Shown: positions 50,686-62,011, counted from the stretch's first letter. The stretch: DNA of 64,000 nt from Gammaproteobacteria bacterium (GCA_021773835.1 JAJFJQ010000035.1:183213-247212); one strand, 5' to 3'. Translations and numbers: made by a program. Notes: a model not told the origin generated them from the letters alone.

Positions 50686-50711
50686 ATAGACAGCTGGTTT
50701 CCGTTTAGGAC

Positions 50712-51662
50712 GTGGTGAATTCCAAGCCGCAACAACGCGCTGAGATCGCAATTGAATTTTGCGGATTAAACTTCAGCTCGCCCTTGGTACTACTGTCCGG
50801 ATGCGTTGGGTTCGGCGAAGAATATACTCGAGTCGAAGGATTTTCCAATCGTGACGTTGGCGCCGTTTGTTTGAAGGGGACGACGCTTGCGCCGAGGCTC
50901 GGCAACCCGGCCCATCGGCTGGCGGAAGCGCCCGCGGGGATGCTCAACGCAATTGGGCTGCAAAACCCGGGCGCGAGCGCAGTTGTGGACCAATATCTGA
51001 CGCAATTGGACTTCGGTGAGACGCGTTTTATTGCCAATGTTTCGGGATCGACGGTTGACGAATACGAGACGGTGACCCGCATATTTGACGATTCCCCAAT
51101 CGACGCAATCGAAATCAACATTTCATGTCCTAACGTTAAGGAAGGCGGAGTTCAATTTGGCAATGACCCGGAGATGTCGGCCCAAGTCGTTGCAGCGTGC
51201 AGGCGCGCGACCTCTAAACCGCTCATTACTAAACTATCACCAAATCAAACAGACATTGCAGAAAACGCGCGGCGTTGCATCGAGGCCGGTACAGACGCAT
51301 TCGCCGTCATTAACACATTGATGGGAATGGCGGTCAACATCGAGACACAGAAACCGGTTATCGGAAATAATCAAGGAGGGCTTTCCGGGCCGGCGATAAA
51401 ACCGATTGCGTTGCTAAAGGTCCATCAGGTGTACCAGGTGGCGAAACATCACGATATTCCGATCATTGGTCAAGGCGGAATTATGAACGCGAATGATGCC
51501 ATCGAGTTCATGCTGGTTGGAGCATCTGCGGTTGGGATTGGTACGGCATTATTTTATGACCCGCTAGTATGTTCTGGAATCAACCAAGGGATCGTCGACT
51601 ATTTGGCGCTCCACGATTATGCGAGCATCGGTGAGATTGTGGGGTCGCTTGTTCTAAACTGA
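50712..51662 (+). CDS. pyrD: Dihydroorotate dehydrogenase, family 1 (soluble, 1B-like catalytic subunit)
   Basis: NAIGLQNPG, EINISCPN (catalytic Cys), KLSPN and GGLSGPAIKP; no N-terminal membrane domain of family 2. Confidence 0.9.
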   Translation: MVNSKPQQRAEIAIEFCGLNFSSPLVLLSGCVGFGEEYTRVEGFSNRDVGAVCLKGTTLAPRLGNPAHRLAEAPAGMLNAIGLQNPGASAVVDQYLTQLDFGETRFIANVSGSTVDEYETVTRIFDDSPIDAIEINISCPNVKEGGVQFGNDPEMSAQVVAACRRATSKPLITKLSPNQTDIAENARRCIEAGTDAFAVINTLMGMAVNIETQKPVIGNNQGGLSGPAIKPIALLKVHQVYQVAKHHDIPIIGQGGIMNANDAIEFMLVGASAVGIGTALFYDPLVCSGINQGIVDYLALHDYASIGEIVGSLVLN

Positions 51663-51977
51663 TTGTTTTCTGAGCCGCTTTAAAAACACATTCATTTCTT
51701 TGGCTGCCTGTTTGTCGCCGTTTTCCTCGGCCACCTTAATACCTACCTGATAGGCGTCAATTGCGGCGCCAATGTCACCCTGCAGGTTTAGTGCTTTGCC
51801 GAGATTTTTCCATGCAGCTGAATATTGCGGATCGAGGACGACCGCCCTCGAAAAATGTGCTGCGGCCGACGCCGGGTCATCGTTGAGATACGCATTGCCG
51901 AGACTGAATCGAAGTAATGCGGTGTCTGGGCCGGCGTCAAGCAACGCCTCGAGCTTATCGACAAGGTGGCTGCTCAT
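51654..51977 (-). CDS. Small TPR protein
   Basis: LRFSLGNAYL, YSAAWKNLGKAL and GD.QA.KEM.VF..RL. Confidence 0.85.
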   Translation of the reverse strand: MSSHLVDKLEALLDAGPDTALLRFSLGNAYLNDDPASAAAHFSRAVVLDPQYSAAWKNLGKALNLQGDIGAAIDAYQVGIKVAEENGDKQAAKEMNVFLKRLRKQSV

Positions 51978-53425
51978 GCGCGCCAGAATGCAGGGGTTAG
52001 TAATACGAGTAAGGTAAATATTTCCAACCGACCAAGCACCATCGCGAACCCAAGGATCATTTTGGCGGTGCTCGGAAGCGCACCGTAATGGGCGCTAACG
52101 TCGCCGAGCCCGGGACCGAGATTATTCAAACACGCGGCAACTGCGGAAAACGCCGTAACCTGATCGAGACCGGTTGCCATCACGGACAATAGCAGTAGTG
52201 CGAAAACTGCTATGTAGGTGACGAAAAATCCCCAGACCGCATCAACGACTCGGTCGTTGACTGGTCGTCCCCCCATTTTTATCGTGACGATAGCGCTCGG
52301 GTGTATCAGCCGTTGGATCTCTCGTCGTCCTTGTTTATATAACAACAATATGCGGATAACTTTAATTCCGCCGCCAGTCGACCCCGCACAGGCGCCGACA
52401 AAACTCGCGAAAATCAGTAATACCGGCAGGAATCCTGGCCAACTTTGGAATCCCGCCGTGGTGAAGCCGGTCGTTGTCCCGATAGACACCGCTTGGAAAA
52501 TGCCTAACCGAAATGCGTGGATCCAGTCGTTCTGGTACAGCGTTAGACTCAAACCAAGGCCGCAGACTAGGCATACACCAACAGTGACCGCGGTATACAT
52601 TTTGAACTCTGAGTCGAACACGTAGGGTTTTGCATTGCGGTGCCGCCATGCGAGAAAGTGCAAAGAAAAATTCACCCCGGCTAGAAACATGAACAACACC
52701 GCAATAGCTTCAATCAATGGATTGTCGAAATAACCCAAAGACAAGTCGTGGGTAGAGAAGCCACCGATCGCGACGGTGCTAAAACTGTGTGCGATCGCGT
52801 CAAAAACGTTCATGCCAGCGACGAAATAGGCGAGCGCACAAGCGACGGTTAATCCGAGGTAGATGTACCATAATGCCTTCGCAGTTTCGGTAATGCGCGG
52901 CGTCAGCTTTGCATCTTTCATCGGACCCGGAGTTTCCGCACGATAGAGCTGCATCCCGCCGACCCCAAGGATCGGAAGTATGGCGACTGCTAATACGATA
53001 ATGCCCATACCGCCAAGCCACTGCAGTAACTGGCGATAAAATAGAATCGACGGCGGAAGATGGTCTATGCCAACGATTACGGTTGCGCCCGTTGTGGTTA
53101 AGCCAGACAGCGATTCGAAAATCGCATCCGGCAGCGACATATTGAGTCCATCGACAAGCATGAACGGTATAGAACCGCTTGTACCCAACACAACCCAGAA
53201 TAAAACCACTACGATGAAGCCATCGCGAAGTTTCATGTCTCTGTCTACCTTTCGTACTGGGGCCCACAAGATCAAACCAGCGCTAAAAATAACTGCAATC
53301 GCGATCGCGAAGGCCTCGGTTGCACCATCGCCGGTCCAATGCGCAATCACGAGCGGCGGTACCAGCGCGAAGCTGAATATCGACAGCAGTAGACCCAGAA
53401 TTTTTTGGATCACTCTCAGTCGCAT
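51974..53425 (-). CDS. trkH: Trk potassium uptake permease
   Basis: FES.SGLTTTGAT, QWLGGMGII, GGFST, GSTGGGIK and NNLGPGLG. Confidence 0.97.
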   Translation of the reverse strand: MRLRVIQKILGLLLSIFSFALVPPLVIAHWTGDGATEAFAIAIAVIFSAGLILWAPVRKVDRDMKLRDGFIVVVLFWVVLGTSGSIPFMLVDGLNMSLPDAIFESLSGLTTTGATVIVGIDHLPPSILFYRQLLQWLGGMGIIVLAVAILPILGVGGMQLYRAETPGPMKDAKLTPRITETAKALWYIYLGLTVACALAYFVAGMNVFDAIAHSFSTVAIGGFSTHDLSLGYFDNPLIEAIAVLFMFLAGVNFSLHFLAWRHRNAKPYVFDSEFKMYTAVTVGVCLVCGLGLSLTLYQNDWIHAFRLGIFQAVSIGTTTGFTTAGFQSWPGFLPVLLIFASFVGACAGSTGGGIKVIRILLLYKQGRREIQRLIHPSAIVTIKMGGRPVNDRVVDAVWGFFVTYIAVFALLLLSVMATGLDQVTAFSAVAACLNNLGPGLGDVSAHYGALPSTAKMILGFAMVLGRLEIFTLLVLLTPAFWRA

Positions 53426-53575
53426 GCGAGATCCTCGATCATGATTCAGTAACTACGTGCTGTGGTGGGGATTGGCAATCGCATAATTGCATTACCGGTA
53501 GCAAGACAGCGTCCGTTGCAAGATGGCGTCCTGCAAAATGGGCTGAAGAAATTTTCGAACGAAAGGCAACTGGGA

Positions 53576-54949
53576 TCACAGAAACGTGACACTGACCTGA
53601 AACAATCGCTCAACGTCGCGCACATGATGTTTATTCGTAACGATCATGATCACGTGATCTTCGGCTTCGATCACCGTGTCGTGGTGCCCCATTATCACCG
53701 CATCGCCGCGCACGAGGGCACCGATGGTCGTGCCTGGTGGGAGGTCAATGTCGTCGAGTGTCCGACCGACGACCTGGCTAGAATTCCGATCCCCGTGCGC
53801 AATTGCCTCGATGGCTTCCGCTGCTCCGCGTCTCAGTGCATGCACTTTAACGACGTCGCCGCGCCGAACATGGGCAAGCAGACTGCCGATAGTGGCCTGT
53901 TGCGGCGAAATCGCAATATCAATGATGTCTCGTTGAACGAGGTCGACATAGGCAGCCCGGTTAATTAATGCCATAACGGTTTTCGCGCCCAGGCGCTTCG
54001 CCAACATCGACGAAATAATGTTGGCTTCATCCGCGTTCGTTAGCGCGCAAAATACGTCGGTTTGCTCGATGTTTTCTTCAACCAATAAATCTTCGTCAGC
54101 CGCGTCCCCAAGCAAAACATATGCTTGTTTCAGTTCTTCTGAGATGCTTAATGCCCGATCGGCATTGTTCTCGATGATTTTAATATTGCATTGACTCTCA
54201 AGCGCTAGCGCCAGGCGTTTCCCGATATTCCCACCGCCAGCGACGATGATGCGCTTATTCGGTGAATCGAGACGTTGAAATTCACTTATTACCGCGCGGA
54301 TATGTTTCGGCGCGGCGACGAAAAAAACATCGTCACCGGTTTCAATAACGGTATCGCCATTTGGAATGATCGGTTCAAATCTGCGATAAATTGCAACAAC
54401 GCGGGTTTCGACTCCCGGGAGCTGGTTTGGTAAATCTCGAAGTTGGTGCCCGACTAGCGGCCCGCCGTACACGGCGCGTGCAGCGACCAATTGAACTCTT
54501 CCGTTAGCGAAATCTAGAACTTGCAGGGCGCCCGGAAACTCAATTAAGCGGCGGATGTAGTCAGTTACTTCCTGTTCCGGGCTTATGAGTACATCTATTG
54601 GAAGTGCTTCTTGCGCGAAAAGCTCGGTCGCCTTCTGGTACTGTGTCTCTCGGATTCGGGCAATCTTTGTCGGGGTTCTAAAGAGGGTGTACGCAACCTG
54701 ACAGGCGATCATGTTTGTTTCATCGCTGTTGGTTACCGCAATCATCATGTCCGCATCTTGTGCACCGGCTCGAGCAAGCACATCGGGGTGCGACCCATGC
54801 CCGACCACGCCACGTAAGTCGAGTCGATCTTGCAGTACTTGCAGACATGCCGGATTGAGATCGACAACCGTAATGTCATTGGCCTCGCCGCATAGATTTG
54901 CAGCGACCGACGAGCCCACTTGGCCAGCGCCGAGAATGATTATTTTCAT
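53576..54949 (-). CDS. trkA: Trk potassium uptake regulatory subunit
   Basis: Two RCK domains, GAGQVG and [15 protein letters not shown]. Confidence 0.97.
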   Translation of the reverse strand: MKIIILGAGQVGSSVAANLCGEANDITVVDLNPACLQVLQDRLDLRGVVGHGSHPDVLARAGAQDADMMIAVTNSDETNMIACQVAYTLFRTPTKIARIRETQYQKATELFAQEALPIDVLISPEQEVTDYIRRLIEFPGALQVLDFANGRVQLVAARAVYGGPLVGHQLRDLPNQLPGVETRVVAIYRRFEPIIPNGDTVIETGDDVFFVAAPKHIRAVISEFQRLDSPNKRIIVAGGGNIGKRLALALESQCNIKIIENNADRALSISEELKQAYVLLGDAADEDLLVEENIEQTDVFCALTNADEANIISSMLAKRLGAKTVMALINRAAYVDLVQRDIIDIAISPQQATIGSLLAHVRRGDVVKVHALRRGAAEAIEAIAHGDRNSSQVVGRTLDDIDLPPGTTIGALVRGDAVIMGHHDTVIEAEDHVIMIVTNKHHVRDVERLFQVSVTFL

Positions 54950-56325
54950 GCGCTACTAGATGATTCTTTAATCTGCTTTGGATCGATTCCAAGGCTGCGC
55001 AATTTTCGGTATAGATGTGTTCGCTCGATTCCGACTCGCTCCGCCACTTTGCTGACGCTACCGTGCAAAGCGTGAAGCTGGAATTCGAGGTAGGCTTTCT
55101 CAAACTTTTCTCGCGCTTCGCGTAGGGGTAACTCGAAGCCGGGAAAAGGAAGATCACCATCGGCCTGTGGTCGAATCCCTAGTGCGGAGTTGATCTCTTG
55201 AACCGATACTTGTTCATTGCTCCCAAGAATCATCAACCGCTGGACTAGATTTTTTAGTTCGCGCACATTTCCAGGCCATTCGTAATCACGTAGTCGATTC
55301 TTGGCACCGCTGGAAAATTCTCTGCGAGGAAGTCCTTCGTTGAGTTCAAAGTAGTCCAAATAATAAGCAATGAGCAAATCGATATCTTCTGTTCGGTCAC
55401 GTAGCGACGGTACATTCAATGGCACAACGTTGAGGTGATAGTACAAATCATCCCGGAATGTCCCAGCAGCTACACCGTCGCCTAAGTCCCGGCGGGTTGC
55501 AGCAATTACCCGTACATCTATCTGAACGGGTTCTCGACCTCCGACGCGCAGCAGCGATTCATTTTCCAGTGCACTAAGCAATCGCGCTTGTGTATTGAGA
55601 TCCATATCCGCAATGTCTTTTAGGAACAACGAGCCGCCATTGGCTTGTTCCAGGGAGCCGAAAGTAACCTGCCCATCATGCTCCGTGCCGAATAGCTCTG
55701 CATCTGGATTTTCGCGCGCGAGACCGGCAACGCCAACGGTGATGAATGGCCCACTAGCACGCGGACTTTGCTTGTGAATGTAGCGCGCAATCACTTCTTT
55801 GCCACTGCCGGACTCACCAGTTATGAAAATTGCAGTCTTATGTTGCGCAATGCGTCCTGCGTTCGTGCGCAACTTTCGAATCGGCGCACTATTTCCAATC
55901 GGATCGTCCAGCGGCGAAATCCCTTTGCGTAGACCAATGTTCTCACGTTGTAAGTCGGCGGTCTCTAGCGCACGTTGGACGGTCAATAAGAGTTTTGCGA
56001 TTGATAACGGCTTTTCGATGAAGTCATAGGCGCCCAGCCGAGTCGCTTCGACGGCGGTTTCAACCGTTCCGTGACCGGACATCATTATCACCGGCACATC
56101 GACGTGACCACTATCAGACCATTCTTTAAGTAAGCTGATGCCATCGGTATCCGGCATCCATATATCCAACAATATGAGATCCGGACGACGGTGGCGTCGA
56201 GCGTCGCGGGCTTCGCCGGCGTTTTCCGCTACGCTTATTTCAAATCCCTCGTCCTCTAGGATCTCTTTCAGCAGGCTCCGAATGTCGGGTTCGTCGTCGA
56301 CGACCAGAATATGGGGAGAGCTCAT
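54946..56325 (-). CDS. ntrX: NtrX-type response regulator (REC-AAA-Fis HTH)
   Basis: LDIWMP receiver, [17 protein letters not shown] and ERTHLYRKL; lacks GAFTGA; downstream of an NtrY-like kinase. Confidence 0.88.
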   Translation of the reverse strand: MSSPHILVVDDEPDIRSLLKEILEDEGFEISVAENAGEARDARRHRRPDLILLDIWMPDTDGISLLKEWSDSGHVDVPVIMMSGHGTVETAVEATRLGAYDFIEKPLSIAKLLLTVQRALETADLQRENIGLRKGISPLDDPIGNSAPIRKLRTNAGRIAQHKTAIFITGESGSGKEVIARYIHKQSPRASGPFITVGVAGLARENPDAELFGTEHDGQVTFGSLEQANGGSLFLKDIADMDLNTQARLLSALENESLLRVGGREPVQIDVRVIAATRRDLGDGVAAGTFRDDLYYHLNVVPLNVPSLRDRTEDIDLLIAYYLDYFELNEGLPRREFSSGAKNRLRDYEWPGNVRELKNLVQRLMILGSNEQVSVQEINSALGIRPQADGDLPFPGFELPLREAREKFEKAYLEFQLHALHGSVSKVAERVGIERTHLYRKLRSLGIDPKQIKESSSSA

Positions 56326-58586
56326 ATTGCGTTCCTCGTTAACGGAATGCCTAGTGTATCGCCAACGCCCTCGATTGGCAGTCTGATTATTGCCGCGGCA
56401 CCTATGTCCGAATTGTTCTCCAAAGAGACGATCCCGCCATGTTCTTCCACAATCTTCTTCACAATCGCCAATCCGAGACCGGTTCCCCGGGTTTTATTGG
56501 TGACGTAAGGCTCGAAGATATTTTCTGATAATTCTTCGTTGATACCTTCACCGCGGTCTTCGACGCGGATTTCAACGTAAGTTCCCGCGTCGACCGTAAA
56601 TAGATTCGTACGAACGATGATCACCGCTTCGGTGGCGGTCCCCGATGCCTCAATCGCATTTTTTACGAGATTGTTAATTACTTGTCGTAGCCTGCCGGCA
56701 TCGGCCGGTATTTGCGGTAAATTTTCGTCTAGCTCAAGCTCAAACTTAATGGTGTTGTAGCCACTTCTGAATAAATCGACAACGCCGCTAACTAATTCGT
56801 TCAAGTCCGTTGTTTCAGGGTTAATCTTCGGCGGCCTCGCGTAATCCGAAAATGTGTTGACCATCGACTTCATCGTATCGACTTGCTGGATTATGGTTGC
56901 GGTCAGGCGTTCCAAGGTTTCGGCATCACGGTCGGTCATCTTGCCTAAATATTTCTGGCGCAGGCGTTCCGCTGATAACTGAATAGGCGTCAATGGGTTT
57001 TTTATTTCGTGAGCCAGCCGACGGGCAACCTCTGACCAAGCGGCGTCTCTTTGGCCTTGAATTATCGGCGTAATGTTGTCGAACACAATTACACTACCAG
57101 TCAACTCTCCCTCATTTGATGCCATTTTTGTTCCGCGGCACATCAATACCCGTCGCCCGGTGGGTCGAAATATCACGATTTGTTGCTGCCAACGACCTTC
57201 TGCGGCATCCAGTAGTGGGGTAATACCATCGACGAATGGTCGCAGGTGATCTTTTTCGTTATCGAGGTCAGCAAGCCGCTTCCCATCAACTGAACTTTTA
57301 CCGAGCCCTAATATCTCGCGCGCGCTGTCATTGATCGTCGTTATTACCGTATCTTTATCTAATGCGATTACGCCGGATGATAATTGTCCTAGTACGGTAT
57401 CTAGATATCGGTGCTGCGCTTGAACTTCCCGGCGTGCAATTGCGACTCGTTTCGTCATGTCGTTAAAGGATCGTACGAGAAATCCGATGTCGTCTTTGCT
57501 CTGAACTGGGAGGCTCGTCTCATAGTCGCCCGCAGCCACCGCCGCGGTTCCCGCAGCGAGATCTCTGATCGGTTGTACAAAACGCCGTGCTGAATAGAAC
57601 GCGGCCCACACGGCCGTTACGATACTAAACAGCAGAACCAGCGTTAGCGTCATCGCAAAACTGAGTTTTAGTTTGTCGCGCAAATATGCGAGCTCGTTAT
57701 ATTCCGCGTACGCCGCTTCGACACTATCGGCAAGGCGATTCAATCGCGACGCAAGCGGATATAAAGCGTGCAAGATTTTCCTGCCCGAGCCGAGTGAAAG
57801 CTCAGGAACGTTCACCGCGACCCTGACGTAAAGCCCGCTGTCCCGAATCGGATCGAGACCGATATAGCTACGACCTTGGCGGAGTTGCAACAAGATGGCA
57901 TCCGGCGGCAGATTGGGGACGATCGCAGTGGCACCGGTGCTGCTGCCAAGTAGGCGGCCATCGCGTGTTAATAACGTTAACTCGTCGGCGCCGCTGCGTT
58001 CCCGTAGCAGGTCAAGATCGCGTGGTGCAATACCAATCGAGTTTGCAACAATCGTGCTGTCTGGGTTGCGTAATACGTCTAGGTTCAATGGTGCGGGCGC
58101 CCGCGCGCCTTGCCCCACCTCGTATGCCATTTGTTCAGTTTGTCCAAGAAGGTCGCGCATCTTGAGGTCAAGTGCAGCCCGGCTAAGTTCCAGTGAATCG
58201 TTTAACGCTCGGTCGATCTCGACATCAAACCAACTGTCAATTCCGCGGCGCAAAAAATCTAGGGAAAACCCGTAGACTACGAGCACCGGGACTACAGCGA
58301 GCGTGACGAAAATCACCAGCATTCGAAGTGTTAGACGAGCGCCAGGTTCGCGTCTTTTGAGTTGCTGGACTAATCGGCGGACGTTAATCGCTATCAATGC
58401 AATAAACATCAATAGCCCGACCGAATTTAAGATCAGAAGGACTGAGTAGGTCGCGCCAAACTTGCCAGAATTTTGTATCGCGGCGCTCATTAAGACCAAC
58501 GATGCCAACAACGAAACGCTGAGTAGCGTTACAGCGACTAAAACTGTTGCGCGTCGCTTTAGCGGGTCAATGTCCATTGATACCAT
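56322..58586 (-). CDS. ntrY: NtrY-type sensor histidine kinase (HAMP-PAS-HisKA)
   Basis: AW.EVARRLAHEIKNPLTPIQLSAERL, N.VKNA and GTGLGL; start uncertain (58604/58586/58577). Confidence 0.9.
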   Translation of the reverse strand: MVSMDIDPLKRRATVLVAVTLLSVSLLASLVLMSAAIQNSGKFGATYSVLLILNSVGLLMFIALIAINVRRLVQQLKRREPGARLTLRMLVIFVTLAVVPVLVVYGFSLDFLRRGIDSWFDVEIDRALNDSLELSRAALDLKMRDLLGQTEQMAYEVGQGARAPAPLNLDVLRNPDSTIVANSIGIAPRDLDLLRERSGADELTLLTRDGRLLGSSTGATAIVPNLPPDAILLQLRQGRSYIGLDPIRDSGLYVRVAVNVPELSLGSGRKILHALYPLASRLNRLADSVEAAYAEYNELAYLRDKLKLSFAMTLTLVLLFSIVTAVWAAFYSARRFVQPIRDLAAGTAAVAAGDYETSLPVQSKDDIGFLVRSFNDMTKRVAIARREVQAQHRYLDTVLGQLSSGVIALDKDTVITTINDSAREILGLGKSSVDGKRLADLDNEKDHLRPFVDGITPLLDAAEGRWQQQIVIFRPTGRRVLMCRGTKMASNEGELTGSVIVFDNITPIIQGQRDAAWSEVARRLAHEIKNPLTPIQLSAERLRQKYLGKMTDRDAETLERLTATIIQQVDTMKSMVNTFSDYARPPKINPETTDLNELVSGVVDLFRSGYNTIKFELELDENLPQIPADAGRLRQVINNLVKNAIEASGTATEAVIIVRTNLFTVDAGTYVEIRVEDRGEGINEELSENIFEPYVTNKTRGTGLGLAIVKKIVEEHGGIVSLENNSDIGAAAIIRLPIEGVGDTLGIPLTRNAI

Positions 58587-59116
58587 CCGCTCGACATGCG
58601 CCAACTTGGAGAAATATAGGCGATCGGCCGAAGTGGGCCGGGTAAAGACTCCAGATCTAGTCGGGCCCGCAGGCCAACTCGATATTCGTACGCGCTATCG
58701 AACGCGGACTCTTCGGCGATTGGGACGGTGCGGATACGCCCAAGGTCATCTATCGCGGACTCTAGCGAATCATATATCCGTCGATCGTCGGTGACGAGAT
58801 CGGTGATCACATACCGGTCAGTTAGGGCATGACGCTCGAGACGGTACCGCCGAGACAGTTTCAGCACGCTACGGTCCCACACGTAAGGCCGTTGCCGCTT
58901 GACCCTGAAATCAACATCGATAAACAACGCAACGCCGCTACGCAGCGCGTCGAGCGCATCGTCGCTGAAGGCGAATTTAACTTCGGCGTTAACCACATGC
59001 ATCTGATTGACAATGCTTGAGTCGGCGGAGTTAACCGTGACGTTGCCCGCAAGCGCAGTTACAGCGAAACCGCTGAATAGAATGCTTAACACCAGCTTTA
59101 CGTACATTTTGGTCAT
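58559..59116 (-). CDS. DUF4390 family exported protein
   Basis: DAL.SGV.L, R..LD...LP.PL and W...S.W; lies between rsmB and ntrY. Confidence 0.85.
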   Translation of the reverse strand: MTKMYVKLVLSILFSGFAVTALAGNVTVNSADSSIVNQMHVVNAEVKFAFSDDALDALRSGVALFIDVDFRVKRQRPYVWDRSVLKLSRRYRLERHALTDRYVITDLVTDDRRIYDSLESAIDDLGRIRTVPIAEESAFDSAYEYRVGLRARLDLESLPGPLRPIAYISPSWRMSSGWYQWTLTR

Positions 59117-59194
59117 CTCGGAGTCAAGATCGGACGCTAGACGGATTCGCGAAGGCGATTTCTCGGTGATCGATTACGACAACCACCGACCCAC

Positions 59195-60499
59195 CTACAC
59201 TTTTGCGAGTCGGGCGTAGTAGAACCCATCCATGCGTCCATCTCCCGTTATGATTTGGCGTCCACAATTAGTCGCCGTTCCCCACTCAGCATCAATTTGA
59301 TCGAGTCGAACCCGGTTCGTGTTGGCAACAAACTTAGAAACTACTCCGTCGTTTTCAGCTTTTAGGAGCGAACAAGTCGCGTAGACAAGCTTACCTCCAG
59401 CTTTAAGCAGTGGCCATAAGGAATTCAACAGTTGTTCCTGTTGGCAGACTAAACGCCGAACGTCGTCCAATCGGCGGTGGATCTTGATATCCGGATGGCG
59501 TCGAATAACGCCGCTACCCGAGCAGGGTGCGTCTATTAGGATGCGATCGAATTCGACACCATCCCACCAGTCCTTGATCTTCGTCGCGTCACAATGATGC
59601 AATCGCGCGCGCAACGCCAAGCGTCGGAGGGTATCTTCTACTAGAGCGACCCGGTGCTTTGAACGATCGATTGCGACGACCTCTAGTCGCCCGCTGCATT
59701 GTTCAAGGATATGAGCGGTTTTCCCTCCGGGCGCTGCGCATGCGTCGAGAATTTGTCCGGTATCCGGCAGCTCCAATAGTCCAGCCGCAATTTGTGCCGC
59801 TTCGTCTTGCACGGATACCCCACCGCCATTGAAGTCGGGTAGCTTTTCGACCGGGACCGGCTTATCTAAAGTGATCCCGTGGTCGGCGAAGCGCGTTATG
59901 TGTGCGTCGAAGCCCGCCTCCGAAAGGAGATTGAGGTATTGCTCGCGTGAATGCTTCTGAACGTTAACCCGCAGGGTAAACGGCGGATGCTGATTGTTGG
60001 CCGCTAGTATCGCTTCCCAGTGATCCGGCCAATCCTGCTGTACGGCCTCGATGAACCACTCGGGGTGCGCCGTACGCGCGGAAATCGACCCAGCTTGTGC
60101 CTGCTCGAGGTCGCGGCAGCGGCGTATAGCGTTGCGCAGCGTGGCATTCACTAAACCCTTTGCCCATGCCTTATTCCGCGCTTCGCAAGCGGCGACCGTC
60201 GCGGCAACCGCAGCGTGCACTGGGGTCGACAAATAGCGTAATTGATACAAGCCGATGAGCAGCAACATTTCGATATCCTGATCGCGCGGCCGCAGTGGCC
60301 GATGCATGAGATCTCGAAGTTGCGGAATTAAATTCCAGTACCAGCGCAGTACGCCGTAGACCAATTCTTGCGCAAACGCACGGTCGCGTGGATCAGGCAG
60401 CCGGTTGAGTTCGTCTGGTAAAACCCCGTCCAAAGTTTTGCCGTCGCGGAGCACGCCCATCAAAGCTGTTGCTGCGACGCTGCGCGAAGGGTGCTTCAC
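59195..60499 (-). CDS. rsmB: 16S rRNA (cytosine967-C5)-methyltransferase
   Basis: NusB-like N-domain, VQDEAAQ, DACAAPGGKT, DAPCSGSG..RRHPD and YATCS. Confidence 0.97.
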   Translation of the reverse strand: MKHPSRSVAATALMGVLRDGKTLDGVLPDELNRLPDPRDRAFAQELVYGVLRWYWNLIPQLRDLMHRPLRPRDQDIEMLLLIGLYQLRYLSTPVHAAVAATVAACEARNKAWAKGLVNATLRNAIRRCRDLEQAQAGSISARTAHPEWFIEAVQQDWPDHWEAILAANNQHPPFTLRVNVQKHSREQYLNLLSEAGFDAHITRFADHGITLDKPVPVEKLPDFNGGGVSVQDEAAQIAAGLLELPDTGQILDACAAPGGKTAHILEQCSGRLEVVAIDRSKHRVALVEDTLRRLALRARLHHCDATKIKDWWDGVEFDRILIDAPCSGSGVIRRHPDIKIHRRLDDVRRLVCQQEQLLNSLWPLLKAGGKLVYATCSLLKAENDGVVSKFVANTNRVRLDQIDAEWGTATNCGRQIITGDGRMDGFYYARLAKV

Positions 60500-60505
60500 C
60501 TCGGA

Positions 60506-61462
60506 TCAGATGACCGGTAACAGTCGCTGAAATCCGTTGATAAAATCGGTCGCGCTCATCGCGCGTTTACCGTCCGGTTGGAGGCGAGTTATACGTAATA
60601 TGCCCTCGCTGGTGGCGACGTCAATTCCACGCTCACCCACCGCGACAAGTGATCCGGGAGGTTTACTCGAGGTTTCAGCAACGACGTCTGCAGACCAAAC
60701 CTTTATGCGCTCTGCCCCAAGCTCCATGGTCGCGATCGGAGTGGGGTTCAAAGCACGCACCTGTCGCTCAAGTTCGGCCGCGGTTCGGGTCCAAACAAGC
60801 GGTCGGTCAGCGGCGGTAATTTTATCGGCATAGATAACCTTTGCCTCATCCTGTGGTGATTCCTTGGTTTGATCAGCTAGCCATTCGTCGATCACGGCGG
60901 TGAGCGTCTGTGCGCCCAACAGCATGAGTTTGTCGTGTAATGTGCCGGCGGTTTCCATTGTGTCAATGGCGCACCTTCTTTGTAGCAACACCGGCCCCGC
61001 ATCGAGCGCCTCCACGATCCGCATCATACTGATCCCGGTGTATTGGTCACCGGCCATAATTGCACGTTGGATCGGTGCGGCGCCGCGCCATCTGGGTAAC
61101 AAGGATGCATGGACGTTCAGTGCAAGATGCGGAATCTCGATGATTTCCTGTGGCAGCATTAATCCGTACGCCGCAACCACCAGCAGTTCGGCGTTATGTG
61201 AGCGGAAACGATCCGCCTCAGCAATCGATTTTAAGCTAGCGGGTTGCAGGGCTGGAATCGACAGTTCCATTGCAGCCTGTTTGACGCTACCTAGCTTCGC
61301 TCGACGTCCTCGCCCCGATGGCCTGTCCGGTCGTGTATAGACAGCAACCAAGTCGACATTTGGGTGGGCGTTAAGCGCGCGTAATGCCGGCACGGCGAAA
61401 TCGGGAGTTCCCGCGAAAATGGCACGCACTCGAGTGGTCTGGTTAGCGTGCATTGACGTCAA
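60506..61462 (-). CDS. fmt: Methionyl-tRNA formyltransferase
   Basis: Motifs FAGTPDFA, VAAYG, NVHASLLPRWRGAAPIQRAI and LDAGP. Confidence 0.97.
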   Translation of the reverse strand: MTSMHANQTTRVRAIFAGTPDFAVPALRALNAHPNVDLVAVYTRPDRPSGRGRRAKLGSVKQAAMELSIPALQPASLKSIAEADRFRSHNAELLVVAAYGLMLPQEIIEIPHLALNVHASLLPRWRGAAPIQRAIMAGDQYTGISMMRIVEALDAGPVLLQRRCAIDTMETAGTLHDKLMLLGAQTLTAVIDEWLADQTKESPQDEAKVIYADKITAADRPLVWTRTAAELERQVRALNPTPIATMELGAERIKVWSADVVAETSSKPPGSLVAVGERGIDVATSEGILRITRLQPDGKRAMSATDFINGFQRLLPVI

Positions 61463-61501
61463 CGGGTTATAGCGGCAATCGTCTATCTGACGTGGCGTCG
61501 T

Positions 61502-62005
61502 CTATGACGATTGTTTTTGGATTTTTTCTAGCTTTTTACGGATTCTGGTGCGTTTTAGTTGCGACAGATAGTCGACAAATAATTTGCCGTCGAGATGGTC
61601 GATCTCGTGCTGTATGCAGACCGCAAGCAGACCATCAGCCTCAAGCTCAATCGGCTGGCCATACTGGTCTTGAGCTTGCACCTCAATATAGTTCGCGCGT
61701 TCGACCGCCTCAAAAACACCCGGAAGCGAGAGGCAACCTTCTTCCATTTGGTCTGCGCCGGAACTTGTAGCGATGACGGGGTTAATCAAGCACACCGGTT
61801 CGCTTCGGCTATCCGACACGTCTGCCACTAGCAGGCGCCGATGGACATTGACCTGTGTCGCCGCGAGGCCAATCCCCGGTGCGTCATACATGGTGTCGAA
61901 CATGTCATCGACCAGGCGCCGGATATCGTCGTCCACGGTTGATACGGGTGCGGCGACGTTACGCAGGCGTGGATCGGGGTAATGGAGGATTTGCAGGATG
62001 CTCAT
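61502..62005 (-). CDS. def: Peptide deformylase
   Basis: [14 protein letters not shown] and QHEIDHLDG; ATG 62005. Confidence 0.98.
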   Translation of the reverse strand: MSILQILHYPDPRLRNVAAPVSTVDDDIRRLVDDMFDTMYDAPGIGLAATQVNVHRRLLVADVSDSRSEPVCLINPVIATSSGADQMEEGCLSLPGVFEAVERANYIEVQAQDQYGQPIELEADGLLAVCIQHEIDHLDGKLFVDYLSQLKRTRIRKKLEKIQKQSS

Positions 62006-62011
62006 GGTCGA

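Noticed and set aside
53476-53500. CGCATAAT resembling a dif XerC arm in the 150-bp trkA-trkH gap
   Set aside because: There is no XerD arm, and the gap holds no credible ORF or RNA.
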